A stretch of DNA of 64,000 nt from Tequatrovirus BCH953P2: sequence record OZ035785.1; one strand, written 5' to 3'. A program made the position numbers and the translations under genes. The notes below the pieces were generated by a model. It was not told the origin of the DNA and did no database searches. It worked only from the letters and a program-made list of their open reading frames with translations. Position 1 is the first letter of the stretch. Every line of letters starts with the position of its first letter. Below are positions 1 to 14,407 of this stretch, one piece after another.

Positions 1-2
1 CC

Positions 3-2343
<2,341 letters not shown>

Positions 2344-2371
2344 TATTAAAGCATATTAAAGAGGATTAAAA

Positions 2372-4351
2372 ATGACTTTATTATCTCCGGGCATTGAGCT
2401 CAAAGAAACTACGGTTCAAAGCACCGTGGTTAATAACTCTACTGGTACAGCAGCTTTGGCCGGTAAATTCCAGTGGGGTCCTGCTTTTCAGATTAAACAG
2501 GTTACAAATGAAGTAGATTTAGTTAATACTTTTGGTCAACCAACCGCTGAAACTGCTGACTATTTTATGTCTGCGATGAATTTCTTGCAGTACGGAAATG
2601 ACTTACGAGTAGTTCGTGCTGTTGATAGAGATACCGCTAAAAACTCATCACCAATCGCTGGTAATATTGAATACACAATTTCTACCCCAGGTAGTAACTA
2701 TGCGGTTGGAGATAAAATCACAGTCAAATATGTTTCAGATGATATTGAAACTGAAGGTAAAATTACTGAAGTAGACGCAGATGGAAAAATTAAGAAAATT
2801 AATATTCCCACTGCAAAAATTATCGCTAAAGCGAAAGAAGTCGGTGAATATCCAACACTAGGTTCTAACTGGACTGCGGAAATTTCTTCATCTTCCTCTG
2901 GTTTAGCTGCAGTAATAACTCTTGGAAAAATTATTACTGATTCTGGTATTTTATTAGCTGAAATTGAAAATGCTGAAGCTGCTATGACAGCGGTTGACTT
3001 TCAAACAAATCTTAAAAAATACGGAATTCCAGGAGTAGTAGCTCTTTATCCAGGCGAATTAGGCGATAAAATTGAAATTGAAATCGTATCTAAAGCTGAC
3101 TATGCAAAAGGAGCTTCTGCATTACTCCCAATTTATCCAGGCGGTGGTACTCGTGCATCTACTGCCAAGGCAGTGTTTGGGTATGGACCGCAAACTGATT
3201 CACAGTACGCTATTATAGTTCGTCGTAATGATGCTATTGTTCAAAGCGTTGTTCTTTCAACTAAACGTGGTGAAAAAGATATTTACGATAGTAACATCTA
3301 TATCGATGACTTTTTCGCAAAAGGCGGCTCAGAATATATTTTTGCAACTGCACAAAACTGGCCAGAAGGCTTCTCTGGAATTTTAACTCTGTCTGGTGGA
3401 TTATCATCAAATGCTGAAGTAACAGCAGGAGATTTGATGGAAGCTTGGGACTTCTTTGCTGACCGTGAATCCGTTGATGTTCAACTGTTTATTGCGGGTT
3501 CTTGTGCCGGTGAATCTTTAGAAACAGCATCTACTGTCCAAAAACACGTCGTTTCAATTGGGGATGCTCGCCAAGATTGCTTAGTATTGTGCTCTCCTCC
3601 ACGTGAAACTGTAGTTGGAATTCCTGTAACTCGTGCTGTTGATAACTTAGTCAATTGGAGAACCGCAACAGGTTCATACACTGATAATAACTTTAATATC
3701 AGTTCAACCTACGCAGCAATTGATGGTAACTATAAGTATCAGTATGACAAATATAATGATGTGAATCGTTGGGTTCCATTAGCAGCTGATATTGCTGGTT
3801 TATGCGCAAGAACTGATAACGTTTCTCATACTTGGATGTCTCCAGCTGGTTATAATCGTGGCCAGATTCTTAACGTTATTAAACTTGCTATTGAAACTCG
3901 CCAAGCTCAGCGCGACCGTTTATACCAAGAAGCTATCAACCCGGTAACTGGTACAGGTGGTGATGGTTACGTATTGTATGGTGATAAAACAGCTACTTCT
4001 GTTCCTTCTCCATTTGATCGTATTAACGTTCGTCGTCTGTTTAATATGTTGAAAACGAATATCGGACGTAGTTCAAAATATCGTTTGTTCGAATTAAACA
4101 ACGCGTTTACTCGTTCATCATTCCGCACAGAAACTGCCCAGTACTTGCAGGGAATTAAAGCTCTCGGTGGAATTTATGAATATCGTGTAGTTTGCGATAC
4201 AACAAATAACACTCCGTCAGTAATTGATAGAAATGAGTTTGTTGCAACATTCTACATCCAACCGGCTCGTAGTATAAATTATATCCAACTTAATTTCGTC
4301 GCAACTGCTACTGGTGCAGATTTTGATGAGTTAACTGGTCTTGCAGGTTAA
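2372..4351 (+). CDS. 18: Contractile tail sheath protein (gp18)
   Basis: 659-aa ORF, same length as T4 gp18; late promoter TATAAATA 28 nt upstream. Confidence 0.95.
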   Translation: MTLLSPGIELKETTVQSTVVNNSTGTAALAGKFQWGPAFQIKQVTNEVDLVNTFGQPTAETADYFMSAMNFLQYGNDLRVVRAVDRDTAKNSSPIAGNIEYTISTPGSNYAVGDKITVKYVSDDIETEGKITEVDADGKIKKINIPTAKIIAKAKEVGEYPTLGSNWTAEISSSSSGLAAVITLGKIITDSGILLAEIENAEAAMTAVDFQTNLKKYGIPGVVALYPGELGDKIEIEIVSKADYAKGASALLPIYPGGGTRASTAKAVFGYGPQTDSQYAIIVRRNDAIVQSVVLSTKRGEKDIYDSNIYIDDFFAKGGSEYIFATAQNWPEGFSGILTLSGGLSSNAEVTAGDLMEAWDFFADRESVDVQLFIAGSCAGESLETASTVQKHVVSIGDARQDCLVLCSPPRETVVGIPVTRAVDNLVNWRTATGSYTDNNFNISSTYAAIDGNYKYQYDKYNDVNRWVPLAADIAGLCARTDNVSHTWMSPAGYNRGQILNVIKLAIETRQAQRDRLYQEAINPVTGTGGDGYVLYGDKTATSVPSPFDRINVRRLFNMLKTNIGRSSKYRLFELNNAFTRSSFRTETAQYLQGIKALGGIYEYRVVCDTTNNTPSVIDRNEFVATFYIQPARSINYIQLNFVATATGADFDELTGLAG

Positions 4352-4359
4352 TTGATTAT

Positions 4360-4373
4360 GGGGCTTCGGCCCC
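4360..4373 (+). terminator. UUCG-tetraloop hairpin after gene 18
   Basis: GGGGC-TTCG-GCCCC immediately after the gene 18 stop; no strong U-run. Confidence 0.5.
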
Positions 4374-4390
4374 TATTCTCGAGGAAACAA

Positions 4391-4996
4391 GTGATTATTT
4401 CTAAGTTTGTTACAATAAAACCAAGAAATCATTCAAAAATGTGGTCGACAATTCTGGGATATAAAGTATCATATCATGATACAGTATCTGTTCCAATAGA
4501 ATTAATGCCAAAGAATAGTAATAAAATAGTTGACGCTAAATGTGATTTGTGTGGTATTAAATTTAGTAGAAGCATTCAGCTTTTAAATAGAACACCCACA
4601 CATGCATGTAGAAAATGTAGCATTAAACAAGTTGCTATTAAAAATTCGGAAGTTCAATCTGGAATAAGCAGACCATGGCAAAGAGGTGATAAACATCCTC
4701 GATGGACTGGCAAAAGAAAAGAGTTTGCATTATATGCTAGTAGAGTTCATTCTATAACTAAGTCAGCTAAAATAAGAAAAATTTGGTCAAAATGGCCAAA
4801 TGCTGATAAAATAGGAGTGTGTGGCGTAGAAGGTGCTTACCAACTCGATCATAAAGTATCTATCAAATATGGATTTGATAATTTAATTCCGCCGGAAATT
4901 ATAGCAAGCGTAAAAAATTTAGAAATAATCACTTGGGAATCTAACCGAGAAAAGTCAAAAAGAAATAGCGTAGATCTTTGGGATTTACTAGAATGA
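4391..4996 (+). CDS. Free-standing HNH-family homing endonuclease (putative)
   Basis: ORF between genes 18 and 19; two CxxC pairs (CDLCG...CRKCS) followed by an HNH-like core (LDHKVSIKYGFDN...NLEIITWESNREKSKRN). The ORF-track start (TTG 4352) runs through the gene-18 terminator hairpin; GTG 4391 preceded by GAGGA is proposed, ATG 4439 is an alternative. Confidence 0.7.
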   Translation: MIISKFVTIKPRNHSKMWSTILGYKVSYHDTVSVPIELMPKNSNKIVDAKCDLCGIKFSRSIQLLNRTPTHACRKCSIKQVAIKNSEVQSGISRPWQRGDKHPRWTGKRKEFALYASRVHSITKSAKIRKIWSKWPNADKIGVCGVEGAYQLDHKVSIKYGFDNLIPPEIIASVKNLEIITWESNREKSKRNSVDLWDLLE

Positions 4997-5022
4997 TTCT
5001 AAAGGCCTGTTTCGGCAGGCCA

Positions 5023-5030
5023 TATAAATA
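5023..5030 (+). promoter_or_regulatory. T4-type late promoter (TATAAATA), distal copy upstream of gene 19
   Basis: Exact TATAAATA. Confidence 0.6.
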
Positions 5031-5081
5031 CACTATATCCTTAATTCTTTAATTCTATATGCCCTAGGTTAAACATAGGGA

Positions 5082-5089
5082 TATAAATA
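5082..5089 (+). promoter_or_regulatory. T4-type late promoter (TATAAATA), proximal copy upstream of gene 19
   Basis: Exact TATAAATA 14 nt upstream of the gene 19 ATG. Confidence 0.7.
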
Positions 5090-5103
5090 CTACAGAGGCT
5101 AAT

Positions 5104-7254
<2,151 letters not shown>

Positions 7255-7255
<1 letters not shown>

Positions 7256-7503
7256 TGGAAGGTTTAATTGAAGCTATTAAATCAAACGACCTCGTAGCCG
7301 CTCGTAAATTATTTGCTGAAGCCATGGCTGCAAGAACGATTGATTTAATTAAAGAAGAAAAAATCGCTATCGCTCGTAATTTCTTAATCGAAGGTGAAGA
7401 ACCTGATGACGAGGATGATGACGAAGACGAAGATAGTGATGATAAAGACGACAAAAAAGACAAAGACTCTGATGAAGATGACGAAGACGAGGATGATGAA
7501 TAA
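7255..7503 (+). CDS. 67: Prohead core protein gp67 (acidic C-terminal tail)
   Basis: 82-aa ORF overlapping the gene 20 stop (TAATG); poly-D/E C-terminus; position between 20 and 68 as in T4. Confidence 0.85.
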
Positions 7504-7928
7504 TGCTTCTGATCCCTGAAACTCATGAATTAGTTCTCGAGAATGTCGAAGCACTTATTCCTGAAGCACAGGGTCGCTTTGACGAATTGTCTTCTGCTTT
7601 AAATAAAGACGATATAAATACAATTGTCGAGAATATGCTTGATGATGAAACTGATTTAGCGGTTGCATTAGCTTCTATTAATGAAAATATGCCGCTAAAT
7701 GAATTTATCGTTAAACATGTTTCCGCCCGTGGTGAAATTACACGTACTAAAGACCGCAAGACGCGTGAACGTAATGCATTTCAAACCACTGGGCTGTCTA
7801 AAGCAAAACGTAGACAAATTGCTCGTAAAGCTACCAAAACGAAGATTGCCAATCCAGCAGGTCAATCTCGTGCTCAGCGTAAGCGTAAAAAAGCTCTTAA
7901 ACGCCGTAAAGCATTAGGATTAAGCTAA
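7503..7928 (+). CDS. 68: Prohead core protein gp68
   Basis: 141-aa ORF, TAATG coupling to gene 67; basic C-terminus; T4 synteny. Confidence 0.85.
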
Positions 7929-8566
7929 TGAATGAACCCCAATTACTAATTGAAACTTGGGGTCAACCTGGCGAAATTATTGATGGCGTGCCAATGCTTG
8001 AATCTCATGATGGAAAAGACCTAGGTTTAAAACCTGGTTTATACATCGAAGGAATATTCATGCAAGCGGAAGTCGTCAATAGAAATAAACGTCTTTATCC
8101 AAAACGCATATTAGAAAAAGCGGTAAAAGACTATATCAATGAGCAAGTTTTAACTAAACAAGCTCTCGGAGAATTAAATCATCCTCCACGCGCTAATGTT
8201 GACCCGATGCAAGCCGCTATCATTATAGAAGATATGTGGTGGAAAGGAAATGACGTATACGGACGAGCTCGTGTTATTGAAGGTGACCATGGTCCTGGAG
8301 ATAAATTAGCAGCTAATATTCGTGCCGGATGGATTCCAGGAGTTTCTTCTCGTGGATTAGGTTCATTGACTGACACAAATAAAGGTTATCGTATCGTAAA
8401 CGAAGGATTCAAATTAACTGTAGGTGTTGATGCAGTATGGGGTCCAAGTGCTCCAGATGCATGGGTAACTCCTAAGGAAATTACCGAATCACAGACGGCG
8501 GAAGCCGATACAAGTGCCGATGACGCCTATATGGCTCTCGCAGAGGCCATGAAAAAAGCGTTATAA
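7928..8566 (+). CDS. 21: Prohead core scaffold protease (gp21)
   Basis: 212-aa ORF, length and position as T4 gp21. Confidence 0.92.
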   Translation: MNEPQLLIETWGQPGEIIDGVPMLESHDGKDLGLKPGLYIEGIFMQAEVVNRNKRLYPKRILEKAVKDYINEQVLTKQALGELNHPPRANVDPMQAAIIIEDMWWKGNDVYGRARVIEGDHGPGDKLAANIRAGWIPGVSSRGLGSLTDTNKGYRIVNEGFKLTVGVDAVWGPSAPDAWVTPKEITESQTAEADTSADDAYMALAEAMKKAL

Positions 8567-8569
8567 ATA
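8562..8569 (+). promoter_or_regulatory. T4-type late promoter for gene 22
   Basis: Exact TATAAATA overlapping the gene 21 stop, 27 nt upstream of the gene 22 ATG. Confidence 0.65.
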
Positions 8570-8596
8570 TTATTATCTAAACAACAGGACTACAAA

Positions 8597-9406
8597 ATGC
8601 TTAAAGAACAACTGATTGCCGAAGCGCAGAAAATTGATGCTTCCGTTGCTCTTGATAGTATTTTCGAATCAGTTAATATTTCTCCGGAAGCAAAAGAAAC
8701 TTTCGGCACTGTATTCGAAGCTACCGTCAAGCAGCACGCCGTTAAATTAGCTGAATCTCATATCGCTAAAATTGCTGAAAAAGCAGAAGAAGAAGTAGAA
8801 AAAAATAAAGAAGAAGCCGAAGAAAAAGCTGAGAAGAAAATCGCTGAGCAAGCTTCTAAATTCATTGACCATCTTGCGAAAGAATGGCTCGCTGAAAATA
8901 AATTAGCAGTTGATAAAGGCATCAAAGCCGAACTGTTTGAATCCATGCTTGGTGGATTAAAAGAGCTCTTTGTTGAACACAACGTTGTTGTTCCAGAAGA
9001 ATCAGTAGATGTTGTAGCTGAAATGGAAGAAGAGCTGCAAGAACATAAAGAAGAATCAGCTCGTCTGTTCGAAGAACTCAATAAGCGTGACGCATATATC
9101 AATTATGTGCAGCGTGAAGTGGCATTGAGCGAAAGTACTAAAGATCTGACTGAGTCTCAAAAAGAAAAAGTCTCTGCTCTGGTCGAAGGTATGGATTATT
9201 CAGATGCATTCTCAAGTAAATTGAGTGCAATCGTAGAAATGGTGAAGAAATCTAATAAAGATGAAAGCACTATTACTGAGAGTATAAATACTCCTGATAC
9301 TGAAGCAGCCGGACTGAATTTCGTCACTGAAGCTGTAGAAGATAAAGCTGCACAGGGTGCAGAAGATATTGTAAGTGTATATGCGAAAGTCGCATCTCGT
9401 TTCTAA
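8597..9406 (+). CDS. 22: Prohead scaffolding core protein (gp22)
   Basis: 269-aa glutamate/lysine-rich coiled-coil ORF; same length and position as T4 gp22. Confidence 0.92.
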   Translation: MLKEQLIAEAQKIDASVALDSIFESVNISPEAKETFGTVFEATVKQHAVKLAESHIAKIAEKAEEEVEKNKEEAEEKAEKKIAEQASKFIDHLAKEWLAENKLAVDKGIKAELFESMLGGLKELFVEHNVVVPEESVDVVAEMEEELQEHKEESARLFEELNKRDAYINYVQREVALSESTKDLTESQKEKVSALVEGMDYSDAFSSKLSAIVEMVKKSNKDESTITESINTPDTEAAGLNFVTEAVEDKAAQGAEDIVSVYAKVASRF

Positions 9407-9424
9407 TTTTAAAGGTTAACACAA

Positions 9425-10990
9425 ATGACTATCAAAACTAAAGCTGAACTTTTGAACAAATGGAAGCCATTACTGGAAGGTGAAGGTTTACCGGAAATTG
9501 CTAATAGCAAACAAGCGATTATCGCTAAAATCTTTGAAAACCAGGAAAAAGATTTCCAGACAGCTCCGGAATATAAAGACGAAAAAATTGCTCAGGCATT
9601 CGGTTCTTTCTTAACAGAAGCTGAAATCGGTGGTGACCACGGTTACAACGCTACTAACATCGCTGCAGGTCAGACTTCTGGCGCGGTAACCCAGATTGGC
9701 CCAGCTGTTATGGGTATGGTACGTCGTGCTATTCCTAACCTGATTGCTTTCGATATTTGTGGTGTTCAGCCGATGAACAGCCCGACTGGCCAGGTATTCG
9801 CACTGCGTGCAGTATACGGTAAAGACCCGGTCGCTTCTGGTGCTAAAGAAGCATTCCACCCAATGTATGGTCCAGATGCAATGTTCTCTGGTCAGGGTGC
9901 TGCTAAGAAATTCGCTGCTTTGAAAGCAAGTGATACTCTTGAAGTCGGAACTATTTACACTCACTTCTTCCAGGAAACTGGTACAGTATATCTGCAAGCT
10001 ACAGAAGTTAAACAAATCGATTCTACTGCTAACGATGCAGCTAAATTAGATGCTGAAATTAAGAAACAAATGGAAGCTGGTGCACTGGTAGAAATCGCTG
10101 AAGGTATGGCTACTTCTATCGCTGAACTCCAGGAAGGTTTCAATGGTTCTACCGATAACCCATGGAATGAAATGGGCTTCCGTATCGATAAACAAGTTAT
10201 CGAAGCTAAATCTCGCCAGCTGAAAGCTGCTTACTCTATCGAATTAGCACAAGACCTCCGCGCTGTTCACGGTATGGATGCTGATGCTGAACTGTCTGGT
10301 ATTCTGGCTACAGAAATTATGCTGGAAATCAACCGTGAAGTTGTTGATTGGATTAACTACTCAGCTCAGGTTGGTAAATCTGGTATGACCCTGACTCCGG
10401 GTTCTAAAGCTGGTGTATTTGACTTCCAGGATCCGATTGATATTCGTGGTGCTCGCTGGGCAGGTGAATCCTTTAAAGCTCTGTTGTTCCAGATTGACAA
10501 AGAAGCAGTTGAAATTGCTCGTCAGACTGGTCGCGGCGAAGGTAACTTCATTATCGCTTCCCGTAACGTAGTTAACGTTCTGGCTTCAGTTGATACTGGC
10601 ATTTCTTATGCTGCACAGGGTCTGGCTACCGGCTTCAACACTGATACTACCAAGTCAGTATTTGCTGGTGTTCTGGGTGGTAAATACCGTGTATATATCG
10701 ACCAGTATGCTAAACAGGATTATTTCACTGTAGGTTATAAAGGTCCGAACGAAATGGATGCTGGTATTTACTATGCTCCATATGTAGCTCTGACTCCGCT
10801 GCGTGGTTCCGATCCGAAGAACTTCCAACCAGTAATGGGATTCAAAACTCGTTACGGTATCGGTATCAACCCATTTGCAGAATCCGCTGCTCAGGCTCCG
10901 GCTTCTCGCATTCAGAGTGGTATGCCTTCTATCCTGAACAGCCTTGGTAAGAACGCTTACTTTAGACGTGTATATGTTAAAGGTATCTAA
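9425..10990 (+). CDS. 23: Major capsid protein (gp23)
   Basis: 521-aa ORF, same length as T4 gp23; followed by a strong hairpin terminator. Confidence 0.97.
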   Translation: MTIKTKAELLNKWKPLLEGEGLPEIANSKQAIIAKIFENQEKDFQTAPEYKDEKIAQAFGSFLTEAEIGGDHGYNATNIAAGQTSGAVTQIGPAVMGMVRRAIPNLIAFDICGVQPMNSPTGQVFALRAVYGKDPVASGAKEAFHPMYGPDAMFSGQGAAKKFAALKASDTLEVGTIYTHFFQETGTVYLQATEVKQIDSTANDAAKLDAEIKKQMEAGALVEIAEGMATSIAELQEGFNGSTDNPWNEMGFRIDKQVIEAKSRQLKAAYSIELAQDLRAVHGMDADAELSGILATEIMLEINREVVDWINYSAQVGKSGMTLTPGSKAGVFDFQDPIDIRGARWAGESFKALLFQIDKEAVEIARQTGRGEGNFIIASRNVVNVLASVDTGISYAAQGLATGFNTDTTKSVFAGVLGGKYRVYIDQYAKQDYFTVGYKGPNEMDAGIYYAPYVALTPLRGSDPKNFQPVMGFKTRYGIGINPFAESAAQAPASRIQSGMPSILNSLGKNAYFRRVYVKGI

Positions 10991-11017
10991 TCTCTAACGA
11001 TAGAAACACAATTTTAG

Positions 11018-11040
11018 GGAACCTTCGGGTTCCCTTTTTC
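11018..11040 (+). terminator. Intrinsic terminator after gene 23
   Basis: GGGAACC-TTCG-GGTTCCC followed by TTTTTC. Confidence 0.8.
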
Positions 11041-11702
11041 TATTTTATACGATAGCAATCAGGCATATCATCCGCATTTATCCAATTGCGAATAGTTTTA
11101 GGACTAACTTTAAAATGCTCCGCTGCGTAATCAGGATTATCAAATTTAACGCCCTTTATACATATTGGAATAAATTTTTTAATACCACCAAGTTTTTCAG
11201 AAATAGCTTTACGATGTGAAATCGATATAGGTTTATTTTTTCGTGGATGAACATGTGTTTTATAATATTCATTGCGCCCTTTAACTCGCTTCGCAATAGT
11301 TTCATCAGATTGCTTAACGCCTGTTTTTGCCTTTGATATTTTTCGTTTAGCTTCCACAGTCATTCCTTCTTTTGTTCGTATTGATAACATATTACGATAT
11401 GAAGGATCTTGCAAATGAACTATAACTGGATTTCCTCTGCCACCAATAGCAGCATTATAGGTATCAGTTCTCATAACGAATTCCTCATTGACTAGTAAAG
11501 CTTCCATTTTATACATCTCCTCAGATGAGGAGAAAGAATAAAGAATTTCTTTTTTAAAGTTATGAATACCATATTTTTTGATGGATTTTTTGATGTTTAC
11601 GCCAGAACCCATATAACCATCGTTTTCGTCAAGAGTAGCATGAGCTCCGATGTAAATTTTTCCATTGATGATATTAGTAATTTGATATATTAAATATTTC
11701 AT
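11040..11702 (-). CDS. segD: GIY-YIG homing endonuclease, SegD-like
   Basis: N-terminal GIY-YIG module (KYLIYQITNIINGKIYIGAHA) and C-terminal HTH-like DNA-binding tail; sits between 23 and 24 on the opposite strand as T4 segD does; the ORF-track start at 11741 is an alternative in-frame ATG. Confidence 0.8.
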   Translation of the reverse strand: MKYLIYQITNIINGKIYIGAHATLDENDGYMGSGVNIKKSIKKYGIHNFKKEILYSFSSSEEMYKMEALLVNEEFVMRTDTYNAAIGGRGNPVIVHLQDPSYRNMLSIRTKEGMTVEAKRKISKAKTGVKQSDETIAKRVKGRNEYYKTHVHPRKNKPISISHRKAISEKLGGIKKFIPICIKGVKFDNPDYAAEHFKVSPKTIRNWINADDMPDCYRIK

Positions 11703-11766
11703 TTTAAACAACGCTCCGTTTGTATATGAATATAATATCATATTACTTTGGTCTTGTAAATAACTT

Positions 11767-11774
11767 TATAAATA
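11767..11774 (+). promoter_or_regulatory. T4-type late promoter for gene 24
   Basis: Exact TATAAATA 27 nt upstream of the gene 24 ATG. Confidence 0.7.
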
Positions 11775-11801
11775 GTATTATATTTCAACAAGGAAAATAC
11801 A

Positions 11802-13085
11802 ATGGCTAAAATCAACGAACTTCTGCGCGAATCAACCACAACGAATAGCAACTCAATCGGTCGCCCAAATCTCGTTGCTTTGACTCGCGCTACCACTAAA
11901 TTAATATATTCTGACATTGTAGCAACGCAAAGAACTAATCAACCTGTTGCTGCTTTTTATGGTATCAAATACCTTAACCCAGACAATGAATTTACATTTA
12001 AAACTGGTGCTACTTACGCTGGTGAAGCCGGATATGTAGACCGAGAACAAATCACAGAATTAACAGAAGAGTCTAAATTAACTCTCAATAAAGGCGATTT
12101 ATTCAAATATAATAATATCGTTTATAAAGTATTAGAAGATACTCCATTTGCTGATATTGAAGAAAGCGATCTAGAATTAGCTCTTCAGATTGCAATTGTT
12201 CTTTTAAAGGTTCGTCTATTTTCTGACGCAGCGTCAACAAGCAAATTTGAAAGCTCTGATAGTGAAATTGCGGATGCTAGATTCCAGATTAATAAATGGC
12301 AAACCGCAGTTAAATCTCGCAAACTTAAAACTGGTATCACAGTTGAATTAGCACAAGATTTAGAAGCAAATGGATTCGATGCTCCTAATTTCTTGGAAGA
12401 TTTGCTTGCAACTGAAATGGCAGATGAAATCAATAAAGATATTCTGCAGTCTTTGATTACAGTGTCAAAACGCTATAAAGTTACAGGAATTACTGATAAT
12501 GGATTCATCGATTTGAGTTATGCATCTGCACCTGAAGCTGGTCGTTCATTATATCGAATGGTATGTGAAATGGTTTCACATATCCAAAAAGAATCAACTT
12601 ATACAGCAACATTTTGTGTAGCTTCAGCTCGTGCTGCTGCGATTCTTGCTGCATCAGGTTGGTTAAAACATAAACCGGAAGATGATAAATATCTTTCACA
12701 AAATGCCTACGGGTTCTTAGCTAATGGTTTACCGCTTTATTGCGATACTAACAGCCCATTAGATTATGTAATCGTTGGTGTAGTAGAAAATATCGGTGAA
12801 AAAGAAATTGTTGGATCAATTTTCTATGCTCCGTATACAGAAGGTCTCGACTTAGATGACCCTGAACATGTAGGTGCATTTAAAGTTGTTGTTGATCCAG
12901 AAAGCTTACAGCCGTCTATCGGTTTATTAGTTAGATATGCTTTATCAGCAAATCCTTATACCGTAGCAAAAGATGAAAAAGAAGCAAGAATAATTGATGG
13001 TGGAGACATGGATAAAATGGCGGGTCGTTCAGATTTGTCTGTTTTATTAGGTGTTAAGCTACCAAAAATTATCATTGATGAATAA
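11802..13085 (+). CDS. 24: Head vertex protein (gp24)
   Basis: 427-aa ORF, gp23 paralog; late promoter upstream; terminator hairpin downstream. Confidence 0.95.
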   Translation: MAKINELLRESTTTNSNSIGRPNLVALTRATTKLIYSDIVATQRTNQPVAAFYGIKYLNPDNEFTFKTGATYAGEAGYVDREQITELTEESKLTLNKGDLFKYNNIVYKVLEDTPFADIEESDLELALQIAIVLLKVRLFSDAASTSKFESSDSEIADARFQINKWQTAVKSRKLKTGITVELAQDLEANGFDAPNFLEDLLATEMADEINKDILQSLITVSKRYKVTGITDNGFIDLSYASAPEAGRSLYRMVCEMVSHIQKESTYTATFCVASARAAAILAASGWLKHKPEDDKYLSQNAYGFLANGLPLYCDTNSPLDYVIVGVVENIGEKEIVGSIFYAPYTEGLDLDDPEHVGAFKVVVDPESLQPSIGLLVRYALSANPYTVAKDEKEARIIDGGDMDKMAGRSDLSVLLGVKLPKIIIDE

Positions 13086-13091
13086 AACAAA

Positions 13092-13112
13092 GGGACCTTT
13101 CGGTCCCTTTTT
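13092..13112 (+). terminator. Intrinsic terminator after gene 24
   Basis: GGGACC-TTTC-GGTCCC followed by TTTTT. Confidence 0.8.
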
Positions 13113-13114
13113 AT

Positions 13115-14119
13115 TTAACTTACCAATTCAATCCAAGCCGGACGAAGTACATCTTGTACCATTTTAACTAATTCCTTTTTAATCAAAGAAGGATTATCCG
13201 CTTGAGTTAGAGTAATACCTTCACGAGAAGTTTCTTCCAAAATATCTTGAACAGTTAGTCCCATCACCTTTCCAAAATCTTTTGGACCAATTTCGCCAAT
13301 TTTAGAAATAACGTTATTTACTCGGTTTAGTGTAACGTAACAAGCTAAAATCCCCACCAATTTGTTATCAGCTTCTGACAGTTCAACTTTAGCTTTAATA
13401 GGCTTATCAGACTTTTTCTTTTCACTAAATTTAGAATTCTTGCATTTGATGGCTACACGATTGCGATTAGGCAGCCAAGAAGGATAACAAGGTTTCAATA
13501 CATATCCTTCAGCGGTAAATACTTCGCCTTTGGCTTCAGCTTTCCAAACACATTTGTTAGCGTCAATTAAACCTGCATTATCTACGGTAAAATTATAAGA
13601 CGGAACAACAGAATCCAAATCATTTGGAAGTTTAATAAGATCTTCAAATTTACCACGACCCAAAAGTGGAGCGATTTTAAACCCAAATGAATTACAAAAC
13701 GATTCCATCATGTAATCATCAACATAAGTTACATCACCACTTTCGGTAGTGACAATAATGTCAAATACATAAAAATCTTTATCGCCATAATCAACATTCT
13801 TCTGAATGCCAGGTCCAGCGAATTCGCCAAAAACTTGATAAGTCACAACAGCTGAAGTTTCCATAATTTCTTGGACAGCTTTAATAGAATCTTCGTAATT
13901 CTTTAAAATAATTTCATAACCGAAGAAATCTTCAGCAGGAAGAATCGGTCCAGTACGTTTAGCGCAAGTTACGTTATCCCGCTCAATAATCAATGAGAAA
14001 TTTGTGCCATGAATCTTTTCACGAGCTACCCATTCGCCGCCAGTCAATCCCAAGCTGTAAAGTTTTTCAATAAATTTAGAGTTGTAATGATTTTCAAGAC
14101 TGCTATACTTTTTAAACAT
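13115..14119 (-). CDS. rnlB: RNA ligase 2 (Rnl2)
   Basis: 334-aa ORF with the nucleotidyltransferase lysine motif EKIHGTN; N-terminus [16 protein letters not shown] as in T4 Rnl2. Confidence 0.93.
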   Translation of the reverse strand: MFKKYSSLENHYNSKFIEKLYSLGLTGGEWVAREKIHGTNFSLIIERDNVTCAKRTGPILPAEDFFGYEIILKNYEDSIKAVQEIMETSAVVTYQVFGEFAGPGIQKNVDYGDKDFYVFDIIVTTESGDVTYVDDYMMESFCNSFGFKIAPLLGRGKFEDLIKLPNDLDSVVPSYNFTVDNAGLIDANKCVWKAEAKGEVFTAEGYVLKPCYPSWLPNRNRVAIKCKNSKFSEKKKSDKPIKAKVELSEADNKLVGILACYVTLNRVNNVISKIGEIGPKDFGKVMGLTVQDILEETSREGITLTQADNPSLIKKELVKMVQDVLRPAWIELVS

Positions 14120-14128
14120 AATTAATCC

Positions 14129-14407
14129 TCAAAATGTAATTTCTAACCAATCACCATCACGCTGATCACTATTGACTTTAAAGCTAAATCCTTCTTTTCT
14201 CAGCCAATCACCAATTTCTTCAGTAATCAATTTATCGCGAGCAGTACAATAATAACTAAAATATGTTTTACCTTGTTCAGCTGCTTTATTAGCAAGTTCC
14301 GAAAAATCTTTAATAAAACACTCTAGTTTAAACTGTTTGCTTTTAAGTGCTTTTTCGCGTAATCGATTAGCAAAAGATTCATTTTCATAAAGATCATACT
14401 GTTCCAT
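14129..14407 (-). CDS. Hypothetical protein (T4 24.2 position)
   Basis: 92-aa ORF with ATG start, overlapping the downstream ORF; conserved position. Confidence 0.7.
   Translation of the reverse strand: MEQYDLYENESFANRLREKALKSKQFKLECFIKDFSELANKAAEQGKTYFSYYCTARDKLITEEIGDWLRKEGFSFKVNSDQRDGDWLEITF

Noticed and set aside
7380-7500. GAT/GAA/GAC-rich tract as a possible tandem repeat or CRISPR-like array
   Set aside because: It is coding sequence for the acidic C-terminus of gp67; no spacer-repeat periodicity
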